IMG/VR virus record: IMGVR_UViG_651703002_000001
Coordinates: 128,001 to 192,000 of that record
DNA length: 64,000 nucleotides
Strand: one strand, 5' to 3'
DNA from: a virus
Lineage: Duplodnaviria > Caudoviricetes
Below are positions 1 to 10,672 of the stretch, piece after piece. A model generated the notes under the pieces. It saw only the letters and a program-made list of their open reading frames with translations. It had not been told where the DNA came from and searched no databases. The position numbers and the translations under genes were made by a program. Position 1 is the first letter of the stretch. The number at the start of each line of letters is the position of its first letter.

Positions 1-3000
1 AACGTAGTTAATAAAGATGGAGATACAGTAAACGGTAATTTGGCTACTACCGGCAATTTCTCTGCACAAGGGAAGATTACCTCAACTGCTAACGCCGGTA
101 TTGAAAATATGGACGATGTATATGCACAACGCATGGTATTATCTGGTTCACAAGGATATTTTCAAGCTGGTAAAAAAGATAGAGATGTTAACGACCAAAA
201 GATGGTATTTTCTGGCTGGTTTGGTACACCACTATCACAATATAGAATCAGTATGGCTACTGGGATTCAACCCCAAGTTCTTCAGGGCGGTGTAAACTAT
301 GATATTCTTCATCGTGGGAATATGCCAACTCCTGAAGATATTAAAGCAATGGCTATTTATGATCGCCCAACTGGTGATGATTGTAATAACGCAATATTAC
401 CCGGTAACTATGGTATCTTTGCTAATACAGCAAACACTCCTTTCGGGATAGGACCTAGCGGTTCTACTCTGCTTGTAACTCGTTGGGGAAATGGCGCTAA
501 CTCTCAGATATTCTTTCCATACGGATCGGATAGAGTGTTTGTTCGTCGTCAACATATTAGTGTTTGGCAGCCTTGGTTTGAGTTGTATTCAACTTCTAAC
601 AAGCAACCTGTTGGTGGTATGGGTCTTGGTGTTGGTGATGCACCGAACGCTCTGACAATCACAGGTAACGTTCGTGATTTCAACTTGGCTAAGATTAACG
701 GTACTTTTACTATTGAAGGTTCCTGGGCAAATGGAGTTAATAACACTGCTAACGCTGAGGGTCATGCAGGTATATTGCAAATATCTCAACGTTCTATTGA
801 TAATCTAACAGTTCAAAAATATACGACTTGGTTAACAGGTCAAGGTGTAAATCACCATAGAGAGTTTACCCGTATATGGATTAATGATACTGAGGGTTGG
901 AATAACTGGTTACCTTCCGGTACTTGGGAATCTGTGAACACATACAGAACTGGGATACTTCGTCTTAATAACCAAACTAATGATGACTCTGTATACCCTT
1001 ATGTGTCTTATACCAAAGAGAAGTATCGCGATACTATCGCTCCGGGGACTTATTATACCGTAGGTGAAATATCATTCCGTGCAGGATCTTCTAATAGATA
1101 CGATCCGCACTCAGGGGATCAATTATCCAGAATATTGGGAATGGTAACGAATACCGCCACGGCTGGGGAATATGATGGATCCTTGTTCTTAGCTTCCAGA
1201 CTTCGTAGAACTGATGGAACCGTTGCAGATAGTTCTACTCTTGCTATTAACCGAGACTTGGGTGTTGAATTTACTCATGCTGCCAAAAAAGTACAGATTA
1301 ATACTGGTAGAGTTACTGCTGATGAATTTTTCCAAAATACCGCACAAAGTAGTTTGGCAAACAGTTCAACCCGTAAAGATTATGTAGATGCAGAAGTAGC
1401 GACTAAGGTTTCTAAGGCTGGTGATACCATGACAGGATCCCTAACCTTACCTACTGCAAAACCCCTTTACTTTGGTGCTGGTAATAATACTTATCTAACC
1501 CGCTCAGGTGACGATCTGTTTGTTGCTGCAATTGCGGGTACAACCGGTAAAGTCGTTATAGAGGGTAAAGTTAATCCACAAGTTCGTATAGGTACTTCCA
1601 ATTATAATATATACCATGCTGGTAATAAACCAACTTCAACTGAATTGGGTGTAGTTAATATTGCTGGTGATGTTATGACTGGTAACCTTATTGTGGATGT
1701 AGGAACTACTGCTGAACCACAAGTGGGTGTTAGAAGATCTGGACGTAGATTATATATGGCTGATAACGGAGTTACCGTAGGCTTGTATAATATAATTGGC
1801 GGATCGTTCATAAATACCTTTATGATTTCCCGAAACATAAATGATGGTAATATTACTGTGGGTTCTGACAGTAATAACACAATTATTCGTGGTGCTGGTA
1901 ATCTTAAACATGGTACTGCGGATATATATACAACCTCTAATAAGCCATCTCCTGCTGATATTGGTACTCTAACAACCGCCCAAATAAATGCGGAATTAGC
2001 AAAGCAAGTTAGTAAAACTGGCGATACCATGAGTGGGGCATTAACTACTACTCAAGTAAATGCAACTAATAACTATGCGTTTGTATCAAGTATAGCACAA
2101 ACCCACGGTATGTATCTTGGTAATACTGCTTCCGATAAGAGATTGATTCTTGGTGGTGGTAATCCAACTATTGGTGCGGTTCATATTCGTCCACACGGTA
2201 TAGGTGTTGAAACTAGTCAAACCATATTCAATACTGACGGAACAATTACCAACGGTGCAACTCCAACAGAACCCGGTCATTTGACTAATAAGGTTTATGT
2301 GGATGGTCAAATATCGCAACAGGTATCTAAATCTGGCGATACCATGACTGGTCAACTGTTAATACAAACTGCAAATAATGCACCAATACAGTTGAAGAGT
2401 ACCACTGCTGGGGTTGTTACACCTCAATATATAGTAGCTAACGACTCTACTGGTGCGCAACGTTGGTATATAGGACAAGCTAGTGCGAATTCCCCTGATG
2501 TACTTTTGTATAGCACCGGAAACGGAACTTACCTTCGTCTTGAATCAAACCAAGTATCATTCAACAAAAACCCAATATCAACAGCGTTACAGGGTACTGC
2601 TGCCGGTTCTCTGGTTCGCCGAGATTTTCTTGAGAGTTCATTGTCGATTCAAACGCCGAATAATGCTATCAAAATTCCTGTTGCCAACTTAAATGACTAT
2701 CAAACACCCGGATATTACTATCAGGATTCCAACGCAAATGCGGTTTCTGGAAGTAACTACCCAACACCTCAAGCCGGTGCTTTGGTAGTTACTAAAGCGG
2801 CTGGTGTAATCCAAGAATATACTATTTACGGAACCGGTGCTCGTTATGTTCGAGCGTTTTATACCAACGTTTGGTCATCATGGGCACTCGTATATGATTC
2901 AACTCGTCCACCCGGAGCTACGGCGGTAGGAGCACTTCCGATAGCCGGTGGTACTCTAACTGGCGGTTATTTGCAAATACGGGGTAGTTCAAACCCTATG

Positions 3001-3483
3001 CTGGAATTACACCAGCCGGGTCAAGCTGCCGCTGTGATGTATTTGACACCAACCGGTCAATTTAGACTGGGTTCAGGAAACGGGGCGGGTGGTGAAACTA
3101 ATGTTCGTATGACTGTTGAGCCAAACGGTAATGTGTATTCCGCTGGGTCTATAACAAGTGCGGGATATATGTTAGAAGGTGGTGCTCGTGTTTATTCTCC
3201 GAATAACCCACAACCGAGTCTAACACCAACCCAAATCGGTAACGCTTTGGCGAGTATGTCTTATGACGCGGTTGGTCAATATGCAATGCTCTTGCTGTAT
3301 GTTGATAAAGGTAATTGGTTGGTTCCCGGTACTGTGGTTCCCGGTTCACAACTACGTTATTCAACTGCGGAAGGTAAAGATCCGGGCGGCGCACCTCCGG
3401 GAAACTGGAGACTGCATGGACGTACAAATCAGGGCGGTCAATGGGGTGGTCGGAACGTTTCTTTGTGGCAACGTGTTAGCTAA
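1..3483 (+). CDS. Long tail fiber distal subunit (gp36/gp37-like), 5'-truncated by the window edge
   Basis: Frame is open from base 1 (NVVNKDGDTVNGNL...). Repeated VSKxGDTMTG fiber motifs, RKDYVD/NKVYVD motifs and knob-like domains ending WxxWxxxY; Gly-rich C-terminal tip. Confidence 0.9.
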   Translation, partial: NVVNKDGDTVNGNLATTGNFSAQGKITSTANAGIENMDDVYAQRMVLSGSQGYFQAGKKDRDVNDQKMVFSGWFGTPLSQYRISMATGIQPQVLQGGVNYDILHRGNMPTPEDIKAMAIYDRPTGDDCNNAILPGNYGIFANTANTPFGIGPSGSTLLVTRWGNGANSQIFFPYGSDRVFVRRQHISVWQPWFELYSTSNKQPVGGMGLGVGDAPNALTITGNVRDFNLAKINGTFTIEGSWANGVNNTANAEGHAGILQISQRSIDNLTVQKYTTWLTGQGVNHHREFTRIWINDTEGWNNWLPSGTWESVNTYRTGILRLNNQTNDDSVYPYVSYTKEKYRDTIAPGTYYTVGEISFRAGSSNRYDPHSGDQLSRILGMVTNTATAGEYDGSLFLASRLRRTDGTVADSSTLAINRDLGVEFTHAAKKVQINTGRVTADEFFQNTAQSSLANSSTRKDYVDAEVATKVSKAGDTMTGSLTLPTAKPLYFGAGNNTYLTRSGDDLFVAAIAGTTGKVVIEGKVNPQVRIGTSNYNIYHAGNKPTSTELGVVNIAGDVMTGNLIVDVGTTAEPQVGVRRSGRRLYMADNGVTVGLYNIIGGSFINTFMISRNINDGNITVGSDSNNTIIRGAGNLKHGTADIYTTSNKPSPADIGTLTTAQINAELAKQVSKTGDTMSGALTTTQVNATNNYAFVSSIAQTHGMYLGNTASDKRLILGGGNPTIGAVHIRPHGIGVETSQTIFNTDGTITNGATPTEPGHLTNKVYVDGQISQQVSKSGDTMTGQLLIQTANNAPIQLKSTTAGVVTPQYIVANDSTGAQRWYIGQASANSPDVLLYSTGNGTYLRLESNQVSFNKNPISTALQGTAAGSLVRRDFLESSLSIQTPNNAIKIPVANLNDYQTPGYYYQDSNANAVSGSNYPTPQAGALVVTKAAGVIQEYTIYGTGARYVRAFYTNVWSSWALVYDSTRPPGATAVGALPIAGGTLTGGYLQIRGSSNPMLELHQPGQAAAVMYLTPTGQFRLGSGNGAGGETNVRMTVEPNGNVYSAGSITSAGYMLEGGARVYSPNNPQPSLTPTQIGNALASMSYDAVGQYAMLLLYVDKGNWLVPGTVVPGSQLRYSTAEGKDPGGAPPGNWRLHGRTNQGGQWGGRNVSLWQRVS

Positions 3484-3485
3484 TA

Positions 3486-3506
3486 AATGGGGCTTAATGC
3501 CCCATT
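3486..3506 (+). terminator. Stem-loop between fiber gene and lysozyme
   Basis: AATGGGGC-TTAAT-GCCCCATT directly after the fiber stop codon; weak U-tract. Confidence 0.5.
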
Positions 3507-3524
3507 ATAATTATAGAGGTTTAT

Positions 3525-4025
3525 ATGTTAGAAAAAATGTTGAAATTCGATGAAGGATCTAAATTAACCGTATATTGGGATACTGAAGGGTATCCAACTA
3601 TAGGAATTGGGCATCTTATATTGAAATTAAAAACGAAAGATATGGGAACCATAAATCGGGAACTTAGTTCCCATGTTGGTAGAACTATAATGAACGGTAC
3701 TATAACCGATTCAGAGCAGAGTATGTTATTTGCTAAGGATTTGGATACGGTACGAGCTTCTATGAAGCGATACGAAGATCTGTGGGGTACTTATGTTGGT
3801 TTAGATGAGGTTCGTAAGACCGCACTCGAAAATATGGTATTCCAGATGGGAGCTAAAGGAGTAAATGGATTTCCTTCTATGTTGCGAGCCCTAAGAAATA
3901 AAGATTGGGCGGGTGCAAAGAAGCATGGTTTAGCTAGTGCTTGGGCAAAACAAACCCCAAATCGAGCTAAACGAGTTACTGATGTAATAGAGACAGGAAC
4001 CTATAAGGGTTATCCTTTCGCGTAA
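3525..4025 (+). CDS. e: T4-type lysozyme (endolysin, GH24)
   Basis: DEG...YWDTEGYPTIGIGHL retains the T4L Glu/Asp/Thr catalytic triad; also NMVFQMG and WAKQTPNRAKRV; GAGG SD. Confidence 0.95.
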   Translation: MLEKMLKFDEGSKLTVYWDTEGYPTIGIGHLILKLKTKDMGTINRELSSHVGRTIMNGTITDSEQSMLFAKDLDTVRASMKRYEDLWGTYVGLDEVRKTALENMVFQMGAKGVNGFPSMLRALRNKDWAGAKKHGLASAWAKQTPNRAKRVTDVIETGTYKGYPFA

Positions 4026-4066
4026 AACAAAAAAGCCTACCCCGTTATGGAGTAGGCTTTTTTGTT
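4026..4066. terminator. Bidirectional rho-independent terminator
   Basis: AACAAAAAAGCCTAC...GTAGGCTTTTTTGTT between convergent e and asiA. Confidence 0.9.
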
Positions 4067-4358
4067 AACTTTCTAGTTCCAAATCTGGATGTTGGGATAT
4101 CATACAATCAATCATATCGTAAATTCGGCCAGCGTCAAATTCTTCGAATATCTCTTTAATTTGGGAAGGTTTAAGGCTTTTCACCATAACACGAAAGTTC
4201 TGAATAGTTAAAGGTTTTCCTGATGGGGTTGTAAATCCTGCCGTTGATAGGAAATCTATAAAACCTCGCTGAGTATCTAGAATGTCGTCTCTACCAAATT
4301 TGATTAGAATCGATGCAGTTGCCACAATATCTTTAAGGACTTCAATCTTATTGCTCAT
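4065..4358 (-). CDS. asiA: Anti-sigma70 factor AsiA
   Basis: KDIVATASILIKFGRDDIL...FIDFL...LTIQNFR...EEF matches T4 AsiA (IITVASILIKFSREDIV); conserved position. Confidence 0.92.
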   Translation of the reverse strand: MSNKIEVLKDIVATASILIKFGRDDILDTQRGFIDFLSTAGFTTPSGKPLTIQNFRVMVKSLKPSQIKEIFEEFDAGRIYDMIDCMISQHPDLELES

Positions 4359-4382
4359 AAAATTCTCTTATTATAATTTTTG

Positions 4383-4631
4383 TTATTCTTGAATTAGTTC
4401 TAAAACGTCATCCCATGTATTATCTTCATCTTTAGGAACTATCCCAAATCCCCATTCATCATGTTGTAATTTCATTCCATCCCAGAATAGATCTTTAGAC
4501 TGAAACTCACAAAGATCTCCTATAATTTCATAATTAGTACATTCTATAATATCACCAATTGAGTTTCCGCGATGGGATTTATCAAGTTCACCAATAATTT
4601 TATATTTACAGCCTATCATGGGATAGTTCAT
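4383..4631 (-). CDS. Hypothetical protein
   Basis: 82-aa ORF overlapping the upstream stop codon (ATGA). Confidence 0.7.
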   Translation of the reverse strand: MNYPMIGCKYKIIGELDKSHRGNSIGDIIECTNYEIIGDLCEFQSKDLFWDGMKLQHDEWGFGIVPKDEDNTWDDVLELIQE

Positions 4632-4864
4632 AGTTTATATCCTTCATCACGTAGAGTGATTGTTGTTAGTTCACGGGCATCGCCCATAAATCGAATTGAT
4701 GTACCATCAGACAATTTCACCAGACTGATAATATTGTCGTTGAATTTATTATCTTGAAGAAAAGAGTCTACAGGGTGCATTGAGTAATCTTTAAGATTTA
4801 CCGTAACTTGACGACCATCACACACACCTTGAACGATACCGCCACCAAACAGAATCTGTTTCAT
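4628..4864 (-). CDS. Hypothetical protein
   Basis: ATG at 4864 directly after the arn.1-like stop. Confidence 0.65.
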   Translation of the reverse strand: MKQILFGGGIVQGVCDGRQVTVNLKDYSMHPVDSFLQDNKFNDNIISLVKLSDGTSIRFMGDARELTTITLRDEGYKL

Positions 4865-4865
4865 A

Positions 4866-4979
4866 TTAATAATCCTTTGGTTTGTTTTTGTGTTTATCAC
4901 CACGGATCCTCTTAGAGGATTCTTTCTTATCTTTCATCACACATGGGCGATTGAAATTATTCTTAGCTACCGGATTCAT
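4866..4979 (-). CDS. arn.1: Small basic arn.1-like protein (37 aa, not in ORF track)
   Basis: MNPVAKNNFNRPCVMKDKKESSKRIRGDKHKNKPKDY resembles T4 arn.1 (VAKHDFNK...KHK...DY); AGGAG SD; near asiA. Confidence 0.7.
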   Translation of the reverse strand: MNPVAKNNFNRPCVMKDKKESSKRIRGDKHKNKPKDY

Positions 4980-5003
4980 GTTTATCTCCTTAGAAAATAA
5001 ATT

Positions 5004-5060
5004 GTGGGGATTTCTCCCCACCTACGAAACTATTCTCTCATATTAACTTACATAATGCAA
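5004..5060 (-). promoter_or_regulatory. Early promoter with 5' leader stem-loop
   Basis: TTGCAT-17-GAGAAT with TG extension, followed by GTGGGGA-GAAA-TCCCCAC. Confidence 0.55.
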
Positions 5061-5065
5061 GTATC

Positions 5066-5515
5066 TTATGCTGGAAGGAGCCAGAAAATTCCTGAGAAAG
5101 TAGCAGTAATTACAGCAATAACCAATATTGCAGAAACTACAATCATGACATTGAGCTTCTTATTTTGAGCTTCCCTATCATCGGTCGTCATATCTTCCCA
5201 TTTGGTAATAGATTCATCTAGATCTTTCACACCATCGATACCAGTTTCCAGATATACAAGAACAAGGGGGTTTTCATACGCCTTACCCAAGATCCCTACC
5301 CGATCTGATGCTAGATTATGAAGCTGAACCCATTGGAACAGAACAACACTCAACGCGCCTAGTAGAATTGGACCATACATACTAGATGCAAACAACGAAC
5401 CAAGTGAAACCGCGACAAAGAATACACCCCAAGAAACTAGAGAGTTTTTACTAAGTTTCTCTTTCTCTTCTTTAATACGAAGCTTTACTTTTGTAATTCG
5501 AGCCGGACTAACCAT
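5066..5515 (-). CDS. Membrane protein (3 predicted TM segments)
   Basis: Three long hydrophobic stretches. Confidence 0.75.
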   Translation of the reverse strand: MVSPARITKVKLRIKEEKEKLSKNSLVSWGVFFVAVSLGSLFASSMYGPILLGALSVVLFQWVQLHNLASDRVGILGKAYENPLVLVYLETGIDGVKDLDESITKWEDMTTDDREAQNKKLNVMIVVSAILVIAVITATFSGIFWLLPA

Positions 5516-5525
5516 TTTATCTTCC

Positions 5526-5966
5526 TTAGAATAGAGTAATTACATAATGGATACAAGATGTAAACAAAAATACCAAAATAACGTCAACGCATGTCAAAAA
5601 GATCATTGAACGATTCGCCAGACGTTTTACTTCTGAATTATCCATATTATTGATAATATCTGAATCAAGTGATTTAAATTTCATCATCTTCAATAAATAT
5701 GGGTGACCGTATTTAGGGCCAAATTGGATCTCTCGCTCTTTCCCAAAACGTCTATACATAATCAAATCTACTAACGAGTATATCAATGCAGCGGCAATAA
5801 AGAATGAATATGGTGATACAATACCATTCACAATTAGAATAATCGCAAGAATAAAAACAATCGAAGATGATACAGCGAAATTTCTCCATCCATATATTTT
5901 ACTACATTCTTCTTTGTACAAATTTGAAAATTTTTCATTATTAAATATCATTTTTCTTAAGCCCAT
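5526..5966 (-). CDS. Membrane protein (3 predicted TM segments)
   Basis: Same hydrophobic layout as the adjacent ORF. Confidence 0.7.
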   Translation of the reverse strand: MGLRKMIFNNEKFSNLYKEECSKIYGWRNFAVSSSIVFILAIILIVNGIVSPYSFFIAAALIYSLVDLIMYRRFGKEREIQFGPKYGHPYLLKMMKFKSLDSDIINNMDNSEVKRLANRSMIFLTCVDVILVFLFTSCIHYVITLF

Positions 5967-7293
5967 TTTTAAGTGTAGATAGATCTTTCAGATATTCTTT
6001 CTTAGAGTTTGTATTCTTCCAGTAATCGAGATCTGAAATTGCCTGTTCGTATTCTTTATTAAGACGCGCTATTTCGTCATCGGTCATGTTGAATATTGGC
6101 ATACCAACAACTTTGTCAGAAAATATAGCCAATTCCGGTTCCATCAATCCTTCAACCTGTTTTATCATAGCTTTCTTTGGTTGATTGAAATTAACTTTAC
6201 CATCGCGAGCTAGGCGGATGAATTCAACCCGAGCTTTAAGTTCCGGAATTTTTTTGGGAATCACATCAATCATATTTTGGATACGTTGATCCACAATAGG
6301 AAGTCGATAATTTATAAAATCTGCGATTAATTCGCGAGAGTGTTTATAAATTCTCAAATCCATTTCTTGAGTTACCATATTTGAATATGGACCAATTGTA
6401 ACTAGGGTAGGATTGATGTTCTCACGTAGATCAAATTTGGCCATGATATTTTCGTGAGATGTGTCAAAATCCCGTTTCAACGTTACTCGGAACGTGAAAT
6501 CACCCTCACCCTCAATCTCATCATAACCAACAATCTGGTCTGAGTCAATCAATTTATTCCGTATGGATACATACTTAATCCGGTCATAGCTAAATGGAAT
6601 ATCTTTAATTGTTAGCTTGGTTTTACCTTGCAACTCATAAACACCCTCGTTTGTCCATTGTTCATTGTCGGGAGTGTTTACCTTACCAATAAAAGACGGA
6701 TATTTAACTTTAGGATTATCACATTTACCAGTTTTTACATATTTTACACATTCATCAATAACACTGTGAATGTCATGGGGAGGAATGTTTGTAGCATATG
6801 CGGATGCAATACCTTTAACCCCATTCAACAAAACAAATGGAATAACGGGTAGGTAAAATTTAGGAATAGAGTATGAAACGATTTCGTTATCCAAAAGCAG
6901 ATCTTCATCTTTGAAAATATCATGGAAGTTGCTATTCAACTTACAAAAAATATATCGCGGTTCTGCTGCATCACGATTAGCACGGGAACCGAAGTTTCCT
7001 CTACCTTCCAACACCGGATAGTTGTTAGCGTATTCAGTTGCCATTTTGGAAGCAACATCAAAGGCTGAGGTTTCCCCGTGGGGATATCCATAATCTGACA
7101 ATACACCACACAAATAAGCATTTTTCTTGAATCCGCACTGGCATGTTTTAATCGCAGAATACAAAACGAATCGTTGAGACGGCTTTAGACCGTCAATCAA
7201 TGACGGGAGCGCCCGATTAACAATAACGTAGAAAGTAAATTCTTTCGCCTCGTTATCAATATAACTTGAAATAGAACGTTCAACTATTTTCAT
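5941..7293 (-). CDS. 52: DNA topoisomerase II medium subunit gp52
   Basis: RALPSLIDGLKPSQR, YPHGETS, GRGNFGSR, AAEPRY (catalytic Tyr), LLNGVKGIA; ATG at 7293 with GAGG SD. Confidence 0.97.
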   Translation of the reverse strand: MKIVERSISSYIDNEAKEFTFYVIVNRALPSLIDGLKPSQRFVLYSAIKTCQCGFKKNAYLCGVLSDYGYPHGETSAFDVASKMATEYANNYPVLEGRGNFGSRANRDAAEPRYIFCKLNSNFHDIFKDEDLLLDNEIVSYSIPKFYLPVIPFVLLNGVKGIASAYATNIPPHDIHSVIDECVKYVKTGKCDNPKVKYPSFIGKVNTPDNEQWTNEGVYELQGKTKLTIKDIPFSYDRIKYVSIRNKLIDSDQIVGYDEIEGEGDFTFRVTLKRDFDTSHENIMAKFDLRENINPTLVTIGPYSNMVTQEMDLRIYKHSRELIADFINYRLPIVDQRIQNMIDVIPKKIPELKARVEFIRLARDGKVNFNQPKKAMIKQVEGLMEPELAIFSDKVVGMPIFNMTDDEIARLNKEYEQAISDLDYWKNTNSKKEYLKDLSTLKNGLKKNDI

Positions 7294-7304
7294 TAATACC
7301 TCTT

Positions 7305-7514
7305 TTAAATGAAACTCATAATCAACCAAAAAGCCGCGACATAGAAAATTGAGTCGCCAATTTTTCCAATAAAATGTTGATTCACAGATCGACCAACAAT
7401 CAAAAGGTGAATTTTTGTAAAAAAATTACCAAATCCATATGGGATACCCCAGATAATAAAATACAGACCGGCAACAATAACATCCCAACTTTGACTAAAG
7501 ATAAATTCTTTCAT
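7305..7514 (-). CDS. Small membrane protein
   Basis: 69 aa with two hydrophobic segments, between ndd and 52. Confidence 0.65.
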   Translation of the reverse strand: MKEFIFSQSWDVIVAGLYFIIWGIPYGFGNFFTKIHLLIVGRSVNQHFIGKIGDSIFYVAAFWLIMSFI

Positions 7515-7528
7515 GATAGTTTCCTTAT

Positions 7529-7933
7529 TTACGAAGCCATACGACCGTGGATAATAAATTTGTTTCGAACCTTACCGATCAATTCATGACCGTTATTCAT
7601 TTGTCCATATTCTTCCAAATCAAGAAGATTCCGGACTTGATTAAACTTCAAGAAATACAGTTTAACACTCTTCCCACTCAAAAGATAGTCTTTTACTTCT
7701 CGGGCCTGACCTGTGCGTGGTTTACGTAGTCGGATCATAGTCTCCCCGAAACCACGGCGGCGTTGTTGGTTCCCTACGTGGGTAGCATACACAACCGAGC
7801 TGTTTGGTGCTGCAATAAAGTAGAAACCTTCTTTAAGAATATCACCAGTCTCTTGAAGATTGATACCAGTAAAGTTACCAACAACAACAGCCCCATGTTT
7901 AATAATCTCTTTAGTTGTCAAATTCTTTTTCAT
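7529..7933 (-). CDS. ndd: Nucleoid disruption protein Ndd
   Basis: LTTKEIIKHGAVVVG...ILKEGFYFI...VGNQQRRRGF matches T4 Ndd (GATVIG...GFYFL...VGNQRSKQGF); syntenic with 52. Confidence 0.85.
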   Translation of the reverse strand: MKKNLTTKEIIKHGAVVVGNFTGINLQETGDILKEGFYFIAAPNSSVVYATHVGNQQRRRGFGETMIRLRKPRTGQAREVKDYLLSGKSVKLYFLKFNQVRNLLDLEEYGQMNNGHELIGKVRNKFIIHGRMAS

Positions 7934-8541
7934 AATTAATCCTATTAGCTCCAAAGGTATAGTAAGAATAACCCAAAAAATATACCAAGTACAGTAAAAA
8001 TTGCCGCATGGGGTGTATTTAAAAGGTCTTCATGGTCAAAATCTTCTACCCATATGGTACGACCATAAAACTCACTATAAACCCGTTTCATCTTCACGCG
8101 ATTCCCATGAATAACGACTTCACCATTATTCACATCAATTTTGTCAATAACATTAGACATATAAACCTCATACGTTACGAATGAAAAATACACCGTTCTT
8201 TACCAGAACATGATTAAGATTGTATATATTCATAGCCTGAGTGTCAACATGTTTTTTAACTCGATACTCAACATTTTTTGTATCACGGTTTACATGGAAA
8301 GAGTAAACCCAATCCTTAACCTTCATAGACAACACAACACATCCATCTAGATCCGGTTGTTGTGTATAACCATCAGCCTTTTTAATATTAATGAACTGTT
8401 CGATAGGAACCATAGCTAAAACCTCATAGGACTGCGTAGAATCGATTATTGGAATGAATATAAATAACGACTCAAGTTGATTTATAAATCAAATGGCGAG
8501 CGATAGAGAGTCCCTAACGGGTGTTCGTCTACGACTCACCA

Positions 8542-8608
8542 TTTCTAATTATAAAGTCTCTATTAATATATTATAGAACTTTATACTTTGATTACACTTG
8601 AAACTAAC
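8542..8608. repeat. 67-bp AT-rich dyad element, copy 1
   Basis: 65/67 identical to 46478-46544; internal imperfect palindrome TATAAAGTCTCTA...TAGAACTTTATA. Confidence 0.9.
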
Positions 8609-9071
8609 CAATCACCTTTTTGACTAGGGAACCATCAAACATCATACCTTTAGAGGTAGCGGCTTTCTTACAAGCCCCCATGATTTGACCGATATTTGCC
8701 CCCTGCATAGAGTCAACCACTTCTTTGATTTGGGTTTCATCAAATACTTGTGGCAGATAACTCATATACATCTGGCGCTCAATCAGCAACATGGTGATTT
8801 TAGAGCATTCTTTCAAAACATCAACAGCTTTCTCAAAGCTGCGTAATGGTTGTATCACCCCAAGCTGTTCCAGAGTCTCATCTAGATTCTTCACAACTTC
8901 CGAACAATTTTTCTGTACATCTTCATCAGACACGACTGAATTATGACCAGAAGGAGATGCTTCACCGATCAGAGTAGTCAAGGCGTTGATTTTCATTTTA
9001 CCAACGTGAGTTGTACGTTCTTCAGATTTACGAAGAGTGATTTGGTCTTTCTTAATTTTCTCAAGCAGCAT
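8604..9071 (-). CDS. GatB/YqeY-domain protein
   Basis: LLEKIKKDQITLRK...LTTLIGEA...SDEDV...YLPQVFDE...IGQIMG...DGSLV pattern. Confidence 0.8.
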   Translation of the reverse strand: MLLEKIKKDQITLRKSEERTTHVGKMKINALTTLIGEASPSGHNSVVSDEDVQKNCSEVVKNLDETLEQLGVIQPLRSFEKAVDVLKECSKITMLLIERQMYMSYLPQVFDETQIKEVVDSMQGANIGQIMGACKKAATSKGMMFDGSLVKKVIG

Positions 9072-9548
9072 TTATTACACCTTTAATATATTTTATAGTG
9101 GATTTGAGGACTTCTAGATCTTCTTTACATAATTGTTCTTCTACCCATGTAAAGAATATACGAACTTCATTTGCTTCCATTGCATTCAGCGGTTTCTGAT
9201 GCATAGCACGGTTATAAACCGCTTCCATTGCATACTGAGATGGATTGGTAACACAAACCCACTCTAGATAACGAGGGTAAAGTTCATAAAATTCATGCAT
9301 GTTCAGTCGAATAATCATGGCAGATCCTTTTTTAAATGGAGATACATTTTACTATCAAAATAAATTATTTGTCAATCAGTATCTTTCAGAAATTTTATAT
9401 CATCTTCCGCAATTGATTTCGCATTTTCCAAACGGTCATATTCACCCCGTAGAATGTTTTCTATTACCATTGCATCAATTCGGTCTTTCATATTCAGAAT
9501 TATATTTCTGATTTCAAACGCATGTTCTATGTTCATATTAAATACCCA

Positions 9549-9926
9549 TTATTTGCAGGAAATGAACCCATAACCACCGGAAGAAGAACCAACCCACATA
9601 GCGGCCTTCCAGTTGGAAATGTGCCCACGAACATACTTAGAGGCACCTTTCCAGCCATTGGCCTTGTGGATGTTCCCATTTTCCAGATTAACAAACCAAA
9701 CCACGGATCCGGTAGTTTCCTCACGACCATAGTCATGCATCACGATGCGAACGAATTTCCGGCCTTTATCGTAGGAGTAGGAACGGCGGTTAAGGTTATG
9801 TTCGATGAAAGACGCTACGTGATCCTCGTCATAACGAGCCCGCATTTCAGGCAGAACACGATTAAACCAGTTATCTTCAGAGAAGGCATTCATTTCAGCA
9901 ACCATAACTTCGATTTGATTCATCAT
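9549..9926 (-). CDS. Conserved phage early protein
   Basis: KGRKFVRIV...GSVVWFV...GNIHKANGWKG..K.VRG motif; AGGAG SD; own promoter. Confidence 0.8.
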   Translation of the reverse strand: MMNQIEVMVAEMNAFSEDNWFNRVLPEMRARYDEDHVASFIEHNLNRRSYSYDKGRKFVRIVMHDYGREETTGSVVWFVNLENGNIHKANGWKGASKYVRGHISNWKAAMWVGSSSGGYGFISCK

Positions 9927-9953
9927 ATTAATTCTCCTAATGGGTGTCTTGTC

Positions 9954-9993
9954 TCAACAGGGATAGTATCTCATTTCTACTTAGGGATGTAAA
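9954..9993 (-). promoter_or_regulatory. Early promoter
   Basis: GTTTACA-17-GATACT with TG extension; 21 bp (9954-9974) identical to 58779-58799. Confidence 0.75.
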
Positions 9994-10616
9994 CCCTTTT
10001 TACAAGATTTTTTGTCAATTTTAGTTCTGAAACTATAACGTCAAAATATGCCTGACGTATGTGATGATTGTTTAACTCGAATGCTTCTCCTATGAGAACT
10101 TCATATTTATCAAGAAGATCCCGAGCGCGATTTATTGCCTGAAAAGCAAATGTACTATATTCAAAGAAATATGAAACTAGTTCTGAAAAAATATCGTTAA
10201 GAAGCAAATGACCATTTCCTGTGTATTTGCATTCATTTTCGAAAACTTTTATTGCACTATCTATTTTACTGACGATCATAATTATTTCCCCAAGTTGATG
10301 TAAGCAGCACGAAGATTACCAACACAAATGTCAATATAGATACTGAAATTTTCAGTAATCTCTCCGTCATTTGCAGCACATTCTTGGTAGGATTCGTTCA
10401 ACTCTTCTATGGCCTTTGCTACATAATCTGATGACTTACATGGACCCATCATACACATAAGGTCTTTCATATTGCTGGCCGTATTTACGAAAGTAAAAGG
10501 TGAACTAGTTCCGCTGACTACTTTAGCGTTAACCATTACCAGTTCTGATTGAATATCCATAATGGCTTCACGAATAGATTGCATAGTTACTGTCATAATA
10601 TATTCCTTTTAAAATG

Positions 10617-10672
10617 AGGGGCCATTCCCCTCTCAACAAGATCCATATTATCAGAATGATTAGTGGTGTCAA
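10617..10672 (-). promoter_or_regulatory. Early promoter with leader hairpin
   Basis: TTGACA-16-TAATAT (TG extension), then GAGGGG-AATGG-CCCCTC. Confidence 0.65.

Noticed and set aside
3486-3524. SD-occluding hairpin as in T4 e
   Set aside because: The stem ends before the GAGG SD and does not pair with it; no exact late-promoter consensus is found upstream
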